A stretch of DNA of 64,000 nucleotides from Patescibacteria group bacterium. GTDB lineage: Bacteria; Patescibacteriota; Minisyncoccia; Phycocordibacterales; XYD1-FULL-46-19. This document shows, piece after piece, positions 48,150 through 57,954 of this stretch (within the stretch, counting starts at the first letter, position 1; each line of letters opens with the position of its first letter). Made by a program: the position numbers and the translations under genes. The notes below the pieces were generated by a model that saw nothing but the letters and a program-made list of their open reading frames with translations, was not told where the DNA came from and did not search any database. Where the stretch lies: contig JBMCHT010000001.1 of assembly GCA_048617235.1 (NCBI GenBank), positions 118,043 through 182,042 of the forward strand. The letters run 5' to 3'.

Positions 48150-48893
48150 TTAAAACTGATTAATAAAACGCAAATCACCATTATAAAGCTCTCGGATATC
48201 ATTGATGCCGTATTTTAACATAGCCACTCGATCCACCCCTAAACCAAAAGCCAGCCCCTGCCACTTATCCGAATCTATACCACCGGAGCGCAAAACAAAC
48301 GGATGCACCAAACCGGCTCCTAAAATCTCTATCCAGCCGGTTTTTTTACACAAACCGCAACCTTTACCTTTACAAATAAAGCAACTAACATCTACCTCCA
48401 AACCGGGTTCCACAAAAGCAAAATAACTCGGTCGCAATCTAATATCAGTATCCGGACCAAATAGTTTATGACTAAATTCCATTAAAACTCCTTTTAATTG
48501 AGCTAAAGAAACTTCTTTATCTATCAATAAACCTTCAACTTGATAAAATTGAGCCTCATGAGTAGCATCGGTACTTTCATTTCTATAAACTCGTCCCGGA
48601 GCCATCACTTTCAACGGCGGTTTATTCTTCTCCATATATCTGACTTGAACCGCACTGGTATGAGTTCGCAACAGAAGTCCCAAGGAAACCGGATCCAGCC
48701 AAAAAGTATCTTGCATATCCCGAGAAGGATGATCAGCTGGAGTATTTAAAGCATCAAAATTATAAAACTCTTTCTCTATTTCCGGCCCTTGAGCCACCAC
48801 AAACCCCATTTCGGCTAAAATGTCTACCACATCGGTTACTACCTGAGTTAAAGGATGTAAACTGCCTCGATCTTGTTTTATCACAACAGACAT
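48150..48893 (-). CDS. pheS: phenylalanine--tRNA ligase alpha subunit (short form)
   Basis: Class II motifs FNFDALNTPADHPSRDMQDTFWL and GLAFGLGVDRVAML. Confidence 0.9.
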   Translation of the reverse strand: MSVVIKQDRGSLHPLTQVVTDVVDILAEMGFVVAQGPEIEKEFYNFDALNTPADHPSRDMQDTFWLDPVSLGLLLRTHTSAVQVRYMEKNKPPLKVMAPGRVYRNESTDATHEAQFYQVEGLLIDKEVSLAQLKGVLMEFSHKLFGPDTDIRLRPSYFAFVEPGLEVDVSCFICKGKGCGLCKKTGWIEILGAGLVHPFVLRSGGIDSDKWQGLAFGLGVDRVAMLKYGINDIRELYNGDLRFINQF

Positions 48894-48986
48894 TTTGCTA
48901 TATTTTAAAAGTTATTATCAGATTTTCATTCTAGCAAAAAAACACAGAAAAATAAACATTATTTTCAGATTTAAAACTTTTTGATT

Positions 48987-50144
48987 CTAATCACCATCTA
49001 TATGAGTATTATAAAAAATATCCACATATTCTTTATAAATATAGGAACGATTATATTTTTTTCTTGCATCACGTAAATACAAAATACCAATATCCACAAA
49101 ACGGTCAATAAGTTTCTGTGCTCCGTTAACACTAAATCCCGTCCAATTTCGTATTGTATTAACATCTATAATTGGTAATGAAAAAAGACGTGGCAATACT
49201 TGGATTGAACTTTTTGAAGCACGTTTATCCATATTTTGTATTTTCAAAATATCTTTTTCACGAAGTTTTGTGATTTTGTGAACTGTTTCAATCGCCTCTT
49301 CTGCAGTTTCTGTAATACCTGAGAGAAAAAATTGAACCCAAGCTTCAATATCACCGTCATGATATCCATTAAGACGATCATAATAAACTTTTTGATGCTT
49401 CTTTAAAAATGACGATAAAAACAAAACCGGCTTTTCTAATAAACCGGATTCTCGAAAATAAAGAGTAGTCAACATTCGTCCCGTTCTTCCGTTTCCATCC
49501 CTAAAAGGATGAATCGTTTCAAATTGTGCATGTAAAATAGCCGCTTTTGTCAGAGGCAATAAAGAGTCATCTTGATGAACGAATTTTTCCCAATCACTAA
49601 CTACTCGAGGCAATTCATGGGTTGGAGGAGGCACAAATTTTGCATCTTGTGGACGAGTACCGTTAATCCAATTCTGATCATGACGAAATTCTCCCAGACG
49701 AGCATTATGCGTCACCCATGTTCTTTCCATTAATTCACGATGTATTAATTTAATTAAACGTGTACTGATTGGAATCTTTTCCAAAGCCTTAATTCCATTA
49801 TTTAAGGCTTTAATATAATGTATGATATCATCAACATCTTCCGGTAAATTTGCATCAATGTTCGCTTCCGCTTCCAAAGCGTCAATCATAGTTGCTCCCG
49901 TACCTTCAATTTGACTGGAAGAAGCGGCATCTTTAAGAATATACATAAAAATAAAAAAATCCACATCAGGTAATAGTTGAGTTATTCCATCTAATTTACT
50001 GACAAAATGTTGAGCTTTTGAATCTTGTTTGATAAGTTCAGGAGAAAAATTAAAACCACCTTTTGGTGGAAAAGGTGTTGGTATAAAGGCTTTATATACC
50101 CCCCATTGTCCATCTTTTTGTTGTATAAAATTTCCTAATTTCAT
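48987..50144 (-). CDS. Fic/DOC family protein
   Basis: The canonical Fic motif HPFRDGNGRTGRML (HPFx[D/E]GNGR). 385 aa. Confidence 0.85.
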   Translation of the reverse strand: MKLGNFIQQKDGQWGVYKAFIPTPFPPKGGFNFSPELIKQDSKAQHFVSKLDGITQLLPDVDFFIFMYILKDAASSSQIEGTGATMIDALEAEANIDANLPEDVDDIIHYIKALNNGIKALEKIPISTRLIKLIHRELMERTWVTHNARLGEFRHDQNWINGTRPQDAKFVPPPTHELPRVVSDWEKFVHQDDSLLPLTKAAILHAQFETIHPFRDGNGRTGRMLTTLYFRESGLLEKPVLFLSSFLKKHQKVYYDRLNGYHDGDIEAWVQFFLSGITETAEEAIETVHKITKLREKDILKIQNMDKRASKSSIQVLPRLFSLPIIDVNTIRNWTGFSVNGAQKLIDRFVDIGILYLRDARKKYNRSYIYKEYVDIFYNTHIDGD

Positions 50145-50265
50145 AGCAATAAAAATTAGTTAATATTATAATATATCAATATGCACTATCTTAACAATTA
50201 GTTATATTTAATGCAAGCAATTATCACTAATTACCTTTCCAAATTCTAATTAATGTCCCACAATC

Positions 50266-50633
50266 TTCGTGAGCCGGAGAGAGGACTCGGTGTCAGCTCA
50301 CCTGGCTATAATTCTTCGCTTTGCTTGAATTCTAGCCGGTGGCTCCTACCCGGGCTCGCGGTCTCGCTCAGCTCGACAACGCTCCGCCTTTCTCGTCCTC
50401 ACGGATGAGTATAAATACTCATCCTTCTCCGGTCTCACTCACGATGTTCGTGAGCCGGAGAGAGGACTCGGTGTCAGCTCACCTGGCTATAATTCTTCGC
50501 TTTGCTTGAATTCTAGCCGGTGGCTCCTACCCGGGCTCGCGGTCTCGCTCAGCTCGACAACGCTCCGCCTTTCTCGTCCTCACGGATGAGTATAAATACT
50601 CATCCTTCTCCGATCTCACTCACGATGTTCGTG
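50266..50633. repeat. two tandem 181-bp GC-rich direct repeats, each carrying a copy of the tRNA-Thr 3' end (att-like)
   Basis: The segment cgtgagccggagagaggactcgg recurs at about 50271, 50452 and, within the tRNA, 50632. The period is exactly 181 bp. The two full units differ by a single base (ccggtctc versus ccgatctc). Unit GC is about 55%, and each unit carries an internal perfect hairpin gatgagtat-tta-tactcatc. Confidence 0.8.
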
Positions 50634-50706
50634 AGCCGGAGAGAGGACTCGAACCCCCAACCTACCGCTTACAAAGCGGTTGCTCTACCAATTGAGCTAC
50701 TCCGGC
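50634..50706 (-). tRNA. tRNA-Thr(UGU)
   Basis: Minus strand: GCCGGAG-UA-GCUC-AAUUGGUA-GAGC-A-ACCGC-UUUGUAA-GCGGU-AGGUU-GGGGG-UUCGAGU-CCUCU-CUCCGGC-U. This is a full cloverleaf with anticodon UGU. Confidence 0.85.
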
Positions 50707-51026
50707 TTATTTTCCAAATGCTTGTCTTTGGCTTTTCTTAAAGATTTAAACATTTTAGATTCTAATCTGACTGTTAAAACTCTAATTATTCGCACCAAAC
50801 CCCATATAATAGATAACAGCTTCAGACTGAACTCTCTATAACCATCACGCACCCAAGAAAAAATTTCAAACGCTACTTTATCTCCCCAAGGTGAAATAAT
50901 ATCCAAAACCCCGGATTCTTTTTTTATTTTACTTGAATCTAAAACCAATTGCCAATGGCGATAAATTAACCAATTTAATAAAGTTAAATAAATTAATCCC
51001 CCGATTATAAAAAAAGACCAAGTCAT
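50697..51026 (-). CDS. hypothetical membrane protein
   Basis: 109 aa with two TM helices. Its 3' end overlaps the tRNA-Thr 5' end by about 10 nt, so the gene call is uncertain. Confidence 0.35.
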   Translation of the reverse strand: MTWSFFIIGGLIYLTLLNWLIYRHWQLVLDSSKIKKESGVLDIISPWGDKVAFEIFSWVRDGYREFSLKLLSIIWGLVRIIRVLTVRLESKMFKSLRKAKDKHLENKPE

Positions 51027-51038
51027 AATAATTACTCC

Positions 51039-51494
51039 TTAAGCTCCCACTTCCAAACGAGAAATTTTAACAACATTTACTCTTTCTCCAAATTTTTGAG
51101 TGGCTTCTTTAATCACATCAGCTATTGTCTGTTCCGGATTTTTAATATACGGCTCAGCTAGAAGACTATCAATATCCTCAGAACCGGTAGCAGTCAAATG
51201 CATAGCCAAATCATTAGCCACTTCTATAAATTCAGGATTTTTAGCTACAAAATCCGTCTCACAAGCCAATTCCACCAAAGATCCGATTAAAAGATTGTTA
51301 TGAACATAAGAACCCATTACCCCCGAACCCAATTCTCTGTCAGCTTTCTTATTGGCAATTTCGGCTCCTCTGGCTTTTAATGACTCTAAGGCTTTATCCA
51401 TATCTCCGGCAGCTTCCTCCAAGGCTTGCTTGCATTGAGCAATAGAGATACCGGTTCTGTTTCTAAGTTCTTTTATTTGTTCAGTCGAAGACAT
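51039..51494 (-). CDS. tsf: elongation factor Ts (short form)
   Basis: IKELRNRTGISIAQCKQALEEAAGDMDKALESLKARG is the UBA-like N-terminus of EF-Ts. The 151-aa size matches the short CPR-type EF-Ts. Confidence 0.85.
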   Translation of the reverse strand: MSSTEQIKELRNRTGISIAQCKQALEEAAGDMDKALESLKARGAEIANKKADRELGSGVMGSYVHNNLLIGSLVELACETDFVAKNPEFIEVANDLAMHLTATGSEDIDSLLAEPYIKNPEQTIADVIKEATQKFGERVNVVKISRLEVGA

Positions 51495-51543
51495 AATAAA
51501 TTAAATTTAATTTAATAAAATAATAAAAACAATTTAAAATATT

Positions 51544-52368
51544 TTAAACTTTTTCCACTCCAATTTTTTCGTTTATTTTCTCTTCCTCTCCTTTGGCTTC
51601 CTCTACGGCTTGTTGATTAGCTTTGGTTTGACCGGCAACATAAGCAGCTGTTAAACGATTAACAAAAAATTCAATACTGGTCTTAGCGGAGTCATTGGCG
51701 ATTATCGGATATTCTATGCCAGCAACATCACAATCTACTCCTGATAAAGAAACAACCGGAACTTTGGTTATCTTAGCTTCCTTGATAGCCGTTTCTTCAA
51801 ATTTGGAATCTATCACCAACATAGCTCCCGGTAATTTTTTCATTTCCACTATGCCATCAAAATATCTTTCTAAATCTTTTTTCTCTTTGGCAATCATTTG
51901 CCTTTCTTTCTTTTTGTATTTATTTATTTCTCCGGATGCCTCTTGATCTCTAATTTCCGTTAAACGCTTAATTCTCTTTCTAATTTCTTCAAAATTAGTG
52001 AAAGTACCCCCCATCCAACGCTCAGCCACATAAGGCATTTCTAAAGCGGCAGCTACTTTTTTGATTATAAAACGAGCCTCCGGTTTATTGCCAACTAACA
52101 ATAATTTCTTACCTGATTGACCCAATTCTCGTAAAAATTCCTCAGCCATTGTTAAGTCTTTAAGAGTTTTCTCCAAATTTATAATGGCATTATCATTTCG
52201 ATAACTAAAAATAGATTTTTCCGTCGATGGGTGTCGACGACTTCTTTTGTAACCAAAATGAGCTCCGGCTTGAAACATTTCTTTAATCAAAGGGCTGGAA
52301 ATCCCCTCTAAATCAAAGTTTTCTTCTTCCATTGAAGGCATTTTAGTTTTATTTATGGTATCAGTCAT
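51544..52368 (-). CDS. rpsB: 30S ribosomal protein S2
   Basis: MFQAGAHFGYKRSRRHPSTEKSIF matches the S2 consensus. It is followed by tsf in the conserved rpsB-tsf order. Confidence 0.9.
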   Translation of the reverse strand: MTDTINKTKMPSMEEENFDLEGISSPLIKEMFQAGAHFGYKRSRRHPSTEKSIFSYRNDNAIINLEKTLKDLTMAEEFLRELGQSGKKLLLVGNKPEARFIIKKVAAALEMPYVAERWMGGTFTNFEEIRKRIKRLTEIRDQEASGEINKYKKKERQMIAKEKKDLERYFDGIVEMKKLPGAMLVIDSKFEETAIKEAKITKVPVVSLSGVDCDVAGIEYPIIANDSAKTSIEFFVNRLTAAYVAGQTKANQQAVEEAKGEEEKINEKIGVEKV

Positions 52369-52419
52369 ACGGCAGGCAGTTTAACAAAAAATAGTAAAAA
52401 TAGCAACCTAAAGAGATTA

Positions 52420-53418
52420 TTATTCGGTTAAACCTACTTGTAAATCTTCTATAATTTGCCCTATATCCCCTAACATAATTTTTTCATAATTATGCCAGCT
52501 TTTACCAAGGCGATGATCGGTTACCCTATCCTGTAAAACATTATAGGTTCTGATTTTTTCCGATCGATCAGCAGTACCTATTTGCTCTCGTCTCTTTTCC
52601 GATTCCTCCGCTTGCCGACCTTTTTCTTCTTTGGCAGCCAATTTATTATATAAAATACTTAAAGCTTTTTCTTTATTTTTAAGTTGAGATCTTTCGTTAG
52701 TACAACGAACACTTTCACCAGTCGGTTTGTGAATAACTCTGACAGCCGTTTCCACTTTATTGACATTTTGACCACCCTTACCTCCCGATCGAGAAGTTTC
52801 AAATTCCAAATCCGCCGGATTAATTTCAAATTTAACCTTTTTATCCATAGGCATTACCGCCACTGAAGCGGTAGAGGTATGAACTCGTCCTTGTTTTTCG
52901 GTAGCCGGTACTCTTTGAATCCGATGAACTCCGGTCTCGTAAGCCAGCTGATCATAAACCCCGACTCCGGCCAAAGAAAAAACCACTTCTTTATAACCAC
53001 CCAAATCACTATAAGATTCATCTATAATCGATACCTGCCAACCCATACTTTCAGCATATTTTTGATACATCTCGGCTAAATTTGTAGCAAATAAAGCTGC
53101 TTCTTCGCCGCCGGCTCCGGCTCTAATCTCCATTACTAATTCCTTAACTATCTGATTATTTTTTGAAATAGAATCATTTTTAGCAATATTTAGAATTTGT
53201 TCGCCGGTGGCTTTAAGAGCCTGATATAAATATTGAGATTCTTGCTCTGCCAGAGATGCCATTTCCGGATCCTCTTGTTTCATTTTTTCCATATCAGTAA
53301 TCTCCGCTTGTAATCTTTTATATTCTTCAGCTAAATAAGCGGTTCGAGGATCAGTTAAAAAACCCTCCAACTCTTCGACGGAAATTAAGTTTTCTGCTGC
53401 CGTATTATCTGTAGACAT
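52420..53418 (-). CDS. prfA: peptide chain release factor 1
   Basis: The GGQ motif (SRSGGKGGQNVNKVETAVR) and the RF1-specific PxT tripeptide, seen as RVPATEKQGRVHTS. Confidence 0.85.
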   Translation of the reverse strand: MSTDNTAAENLISVEELEGFLTDPRTAYLAEEYKRLQAEITDMEKMKQEDPEMASLAEQESQYLYQALKATGEQILNIAKNDSISKNNQIVKELVMEIRAGAGGEEAALFATNLAEMYQKYAESMGWQVSIIDESYSDLGGYKEVVFSLAGVGVYDQLAYETGVHRIQRVPATEKQGRVHTSTASVAVMPMDKKVKFEINPADLEFETSRSGGKGGQNVNKVETAVRVIHKPTGESVRCTNERSQLKNKEKALSILYNKLAAKEEKGRQAEESEKRREQIGTADRSEKIRTYNVLQDRVTDHRLGKSWHNYEKIMLGDIGQIIEDLQVGLTE

Positions 53419-53465
53419 AAATAAAAATAACCAAAAACTCTTAAATGGAAAAATCCTTTAATAAG

Positions 53466-53789
53466 TTAAACTATTTCGGTTTTGTCTGTAGAATCGGCAA
53501 TATTTACTTTTGAATCTTCAGTTTGAGAGTTTTCTTTTTTATTATCTGTTTTCTTGGTTTTAGTGGCAGGTTTTTGACGCAACTGACTGGCTGCTTGCTG
53601 TCTGGCTTTAAATTTTTCCACTCGACCGGCCGTGTCCATTACTTTTTCTTTACCGGTAAAGAAAGGGTGGCAATCACTACAAACCTCTACATTTATTTCT
53701 TTTAATATAGAACCAACAGTAAAAGCACTACCACAGGCACAGGTAACTTTTGTTTCTTTATTAAATTCCGGATGAGTATCTTTTTTCAT
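53466..53789 (-). CDS. rpmE: 50S ribosomal protein L31 with a C-terminal extension
   Basis: MKKDTHPEF...CACGSAF...[10 protein letters not shown] is the L31 zinc-ribbon form. Confidence 0.9.
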   Translation of the reverse strand: MKKDTHPEFNKETKVTCACGSAFTVGSILKEINVEVCSDCHPFFTGKEKVMDTAGRVEKFKARQQAASQLRQKPATKTKKTDNKKENSQTEDSKVNIADSTDKTEIV

Positions 53790-53813
53790 AACACTCCCGA
53801 CTATACCAAAAAT

Positions 53814-55214
53814 TTAATTACCTTGCAAGACATCTATTTGTCTTTGAATATTGGCAGCTATTTGCATAACCGAATCCCCATAAAAAGCATTATGAGGTTG
53901 ATTCCAGCCACCGCCGGCATAATACCTTAAAGCGGCTCTTCTTTCATCAGAATAGCTTCTGGTACCGGCTCCCAAATCTCTTAACAACAAACCGGAGGCA
54001 GTAAAAGCATCTACCGGATTCCAAGGATCCGGTGGCTGATTACCGGTAACGGCGCTAATTCTGGCTTGATAAGGTTTCCAAGTAGAAGGAATAAACTGTG
54101 ATGGTCCCATAGCTCCACCATAACCAACAGATAAAGGACAAGAAACTCTGGTGTTTAAAGGATCCCGACCTAACCCCCGAAGTAAAGTTTGCAAAATAGG
54201 TAAATCTCGAGTGGGGTGAATACCATTGGCAAAAAGCTTTCCGGTATTAATTCCTTTGGTTTGACCACTATTTAAATCCGAAATAACACAAGAACCAACA
54301 TGCTGACCTAAATTGGATTCTTGAGTAATAATAGCCAATAGAAAAGCCGGTCTAATTCCGGTATTCTTTTCAACTTCTCGAGCCAAATCATAAGCCTCAC
54401 CAAAAGAAATACCCTCAACATCCCGCAGGCGGAAAAGCTCATTTCTTATACGATTTCTTTCCGCCTCTCTTTCAGTCAATACCTGCTTATAAGCATTCTC
54501 TTCCGACTTAGATAAAGATAATAAGTATTGTTTTTCTTGTTCGGCTTGGCGGATTTTGGCTGTCTCCTCTTCTATTACTTTTTTAGCATCCAATTCAGCT
54601 GCTCGTCTTTTCTCCAAATTTACCTTCTCGGTGGAAGCTCGTTGTTGAGTATTTCTAATAGAGTCTAAAGATTTATGAATAGCGGTTTGGAGTGAATGAA
54701 TAGAATTTAAATCTACAAACAACTCAGATAAACTACTGCTGTTTAAAACTATTTCCGTTAAGGTTAAATCATCCATATCTCGCATTTGCTTAACCATATA
54801 AGTTAAAGCTTCCTTATCTCTGATTATTTTACTATCTAAATCACTAATTAAATCTTCTCGCTCACTAATATCCCCTCCTAAACGCTTAATTTCCAACTCT
54901 TTAGCTTGTATATTCAAACGAGCCTGATTAATCTGATAAGTCAAAATATCTATATCTCTGGAAATGGAAGCGCTCTCTTGTTGTTTATTTTTCAATAAGG
55001 CTCGATTAGCTGCTATTTCTTTTTCCACCTTAGCCAAATCAGCCTGTAACTCTTTCTCTCTGGCCTCTGTATTCACTTGAGCTATTACTTGATTAACCCC
55101 TAAAAAAACCATTGAAAAGAAAATAACCGAAATTACTAAAAATCGATATTTTAAGATATTATTTAAAATTGACTTCATGCCATTAATTCTAACCGAAGGA
55201 CAAAAACTTAACAA
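53814..55214 (-). CDS. MltB-like lytic transglycosylase with N-terminal TM anchor and coiled coil
   Basis: C-terminal domain LLAIITQESNLGQ...VGYGGAMGPSQFIPSTW resembles Slt35/MltB (GAMGQxQFMPSS). The N-terminal roughly 250 aa are coiled-coil. Confidence 0.55.
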   Translation of the reverse strand: MLSFCPSVRINGMKSILNNILKYRFLVISVIFFSMVFLGVNQVIAQVNTEAREKELQADLAKVEKEIAANRALLKNKQQESASISRDIDILTYQINQARLNIQAKELEIKRLGGDISEREDLISDLDSKIIRDKEALTYMVKQMRDMDDLTLTEIVLNSSSLSELFVDLNSIHSLQTAIHKSLDSIRNTQQRASTEKVNLEKRRAAELDAKKVIEEETAKIRQAEQEKQYLLSLSKSEENAYKQVLTEREAERNRIRNELFRLRDVEGISFGEAYDLAREVEKNTGIRPAFLLAIITQESNLGQHVGSCVISDLNSGQTKGINTGKLFANGIHPTRDLPILQTLLRGLGRDPLNTRVSCPLSVGYGGAMGPSQFIPSTWKPYQARISAVTGNQPPDPWNPVDAFTASGLLLRDLGAGTRSYSDERRAALRYYAGGGWNQPHNAFYGDSVMQIAANIQRQIDVLQGN

Positions 55215-55302
55215 TAGGTCTTTTTAAAAAACTCTATTATCATTCAATTAAAAATTAAAAACGGCTTTTAACCGTTTTCTTTTGATTAATATATTTCTTA
55301 GA

Positions 55303-55965
55303 TTAATTTGTTTCTTCTTTTGTCTCTGTCTTATCTTCTTCCTCCTCATCCTTACCCTTCTTCTCAACTTCTACATTCTCAAGATCCGGCTGAGCCTCAT
55401 CTTCTTCAGTTACTTCTTCCCCAGCTTGCCCGGCTAAAATTATAGTTTCTTCAACCGGAATAATAGCTTCTACTCCAGAAGGTAGTTTAAGATCAGCCAC
55501 GGTTATAGGATCATTAACTTTATCTAAAACAGAAATATCCACTTCAATCTCATGCGGTAAATCTTTAGGAAAAGCCTTGACCGGCAATTCATGAATAACC
55601 TTAACCAAAGTTGCTCCTTGTTCTTTAACCGCCGGAGATTCTCCAACAAAAACCAAGGGTACATCTACTTCCACCATCTTACCTTTTTCCACTTTATAAA
55701 AATCTACATGAATCGGCTCATCAGTCACCGGATTATAATCAACTTGATAAATTAAAACTTCGTAATCCTTATTATCCAATTTTAAATTTATAACTGTAGA
55801 TTCTCCCGCTTGACGAAAAACTTTTTTAAATTCCGGCGCCTCCAATTGACAATACTCAGCCACTTGCCCTTGACCATACAAAACAGCCGGCAAATAACCA
55901 TTAGCTCTTAATTGTTTAACTTTTTTACCAAAATCTTTTCTGGCTTGTGTTTGCAACTTCAACAT
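55303..55965 (-). CDS. rplY: 50S ribosomal protein L25 / general stress protein Ctc
   Basis: MLKLQTQARKDFGKKVKQLRANGYLPAVLYGQGQ is the L25 N-terminus. The C-terminal tail is acidic. Confidence 0.85.
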   Translation of the reverse strand: MLKLQTQARKDFGKKVKQLRANGYLPAVLYGQGQVAEYCQLEAPEFKKVFRQAGESTVINLKLDNKDYEVLIYQVDYNPVTDEPIHVDFYKVEKGKMVEVDVPLVFVGESPAVKEQGATLVKVIHELPVKAFPKDLPHEIEVDISVLDKVNDPITVADLKLPSGVEAIIPVEETIILAGQAGEEVTEEDEAQPDLENVEVEKKGKDEEEEDKTETKEETN

Positions 55966-56014
55966 AGTTAACTAGGATATAACAAAAAAGACAAAAAAGC
56001 AAGTATTTTAACCC

Positions 56015-56884
56015 TTAACCCAGATTAGAAAATAACTTCAACCTGTTTTTAACCACTTCTTTAACGGCTTCCCGAGCCGGTTTTAAAAGCCTGTAAGGAG
56101 CTACTTCAGTCGGATTTTCAGTCAAAGATTGCTCCAAACCTTCCCGATAAGCTACCCTTAATTCAGTGCTAATATGAACCATACCGATACCGGCTATTAT
56201 AGCCGCTTTAAAATCTTCATCACTAATACCCGAACCTCCATGCAAAACCAAAGGTACTCCGGCAATTTCCCTAATATTTTTTATTCGCTGGATATTAAGT
56301 CGCGGATTACCGGATTTAATCATACCATGAATATTACCCACAGCCGGCGCTAAGCAATCCACTCCGGTCTCCTCTACAAATTTTTTAGCTTCATCCGGAT
56401 CAGTCATCATCACCTCATCCACTATGGCTCCGGTCGGAACCTCATCCATTACTTTGGAAGATTTACCAATATAACCCATCTCCGCCTCTACAATAATTTC
56501 CGGATTAATAGCTTTAACAGCTTCAGTTGCCTCTTTAGTCATTTCAATATTTTCAACCAAACTTTCTCCGGCAGCATCAAAAATAACAGCATCAAAACCG
56601 GCTTGAGCCGCCGCTACCACTTTAGCCACCGAATATGTATGATCAGCATTTAAAAAAACCGGATAATCAAACTCTGATCTTAAACTTTTAACAATGGCTG
56701 CTATTTGTTTAACCCCCATAAATTCTCTTTCTCCTTCGGATACCCCAATTACTACCGGTAACTCTAATTCTTGAGCTGCTTCAAACACCGCCCAGACTCC
56801 TTCCAAATTGGAAACATTAAAATGACCCAAAGCTTGTTTGTTTTTTTCAGCCTGTTCTAAAGCTTGTTTTAAACTTAAATCCAT
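56015..56884 (-). CDS. fba: class II fructose-bisphosphate aldolase
   Basis: HFNVSNLEGVWAVFEAAQELELPVVIGVSEG and PLVLHGGSGISDEDF are the class II FBA / TBP aldolase family motifs. Confidence 0.8.
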   Translation of the reverse strand: MDLSLKQALEQAEKNKQALGHFNVSNLEGVWAVFEAAQELELPVVIGVSEGEREFMGVKQIAAIVKSLRSEFDYPVFLNADHTYSVAKVVAAAQAGFDAVIFDAAGESLVENIEMTKEATEAVKAINPEIIVEAEMGYIGKSSKVMDEVPTGAIVDEVMMTDPDEAKKFVEETGVDCLAPAVGNIHGMIKSGNPRLNIQRIKNIREIAGVPLVLHGGSGISDEDFKAAIIAGIGMVHISTELRVAYREGLEQSLTENPTEVAPYRLLKPAREAVKEVVKNRLKLFSNLG

Positions 56885-56954
56885 GCTTTTAATTATAACA
56901 TATTATCTTTTATGATATAATAAAAGATATCTAGTAATTTAATTCTTTTATTTT

Positions 56955-57953
56955 ATGTCTGAAAATAATTTAGATTTTTTAGCCATCGGCGATGTGGTAG
57001 ATGATGCTTTTATCGGTCTAAAAGATGCTAAAATCAATTGCGATATGCAACGTGGTCAAGAATATTTATGTGTTCGCTTTGGAGATAAAATACCATATGA
57101 ATCCGTCACTGTTGTTCAAGGGGTCGGTAATAGTCCCAACGCTTCGGTTAGTGCCGCTCGTTTAGGTTTAAATTCCGGTTTGTTATCTTATGTCGGAAAA
57201 GATAAAGAAGGTCAAGAAATAATAGAAACTCTTAAAAAACAAGGAGTTAATACCGATATGATTTTTGCGCAAGAAGGTAAAAAATCCAATTATCATTATG
57301 TTCTCCGATATGAAGAAGAAAGGACTATTCTGGTTAAACACGAATATTATGATTATGATTTACCGAATATTGGGCAACCAAAATGGATTTATTTAAGTTC
57401 TTTGGCTGAAAACTCTCTCCCTTTCCAACATCAAATAGCCTCTTATGTTAAAACTAATCCGGAAATTAAAATGGCTTTTCAACCGGGCACCTTTCAAATA
57501 AAACAAGGAGTGGAAGAATTAAAAGATATTTACGAAGCCTCAGAACTGTTTTTCTGTAATACTGAAGAAGCTCGTCGGGTAACCGGTTTAAAAGAAGCGG
57601 AGATTAAAGATCTTTTAAAAGCGGTAAATGATCTCGGGCCGAACATTGTCGTTATCACTGATGGCCCTAAAGGAGCTTATGCTTATGATGGTCAAGAAAC
57701 TTGGTATATACCAATGTATCCGGATCCCAAACCACCGGTAGATCGTACCGGAGCCGGAGATTCTTTCTCCTCTACCTTTACCGCTGCTTTAGCCGCCGGC
57801 AATGATATCCCTACAGCTATCTCTTGGGGACCTATAAACTCCATGAGTGTGGTTCAATACATTGGCGCCCAAGAGGGTCTCTTGAGTAAAGAAGAAATTC
57901 TAAAATTCTTAGAAGAAGCTCCGGCGAATTATAAGCCGGAAAAAATAATCTAG
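56955..57953 (+). CDS. PfkB-family carbohydrate kinase (ribokinase-like)
   Basis: The C-terminal DRTGAGDSFSSTFTAALAAG (GAGD anion-hole motif). The N-terminus is a Gly-rich sugar-binding region. Confidence 0.75.
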   Translation: MSENNLDFLAIGDVVDDAFIGLKDAKINCDMQRGQEYLCVRFGDKIPYESVTVVQGVGNSPNASVSAARLGLNSGLLSYVGKDKEGQEIIETLKKQGVNTDMIFAQEGKKSNYHYVLRYEEERTILVKHEYYDYDLPNIGQPKWIYLSSLAENSLPFQHQIASYVKTNPEIKMAFQPGTFQIKQGVEELKDIYEASELFFCNTEEARRVTGLKEAEIKDLLKAVNDLGPNIVVITDGPKGAYAYDGQETWYIPMYPDPKPPVDRTGAGDSFSSTFTAALAAGNDIPTAISWGPINSMSVVQYIGAQEGLLSKEEILKFLEEAPANYKPEKII

Positions 57954-57954
57954 A

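Noticed and set aside
50266-50633. CRISPR array
   Set aside because: The repeats are 181 bp long, directly tandem and without unique spacers. They share sequence with the adjacent tRNA 3' end. This is not CRISPR architecture.
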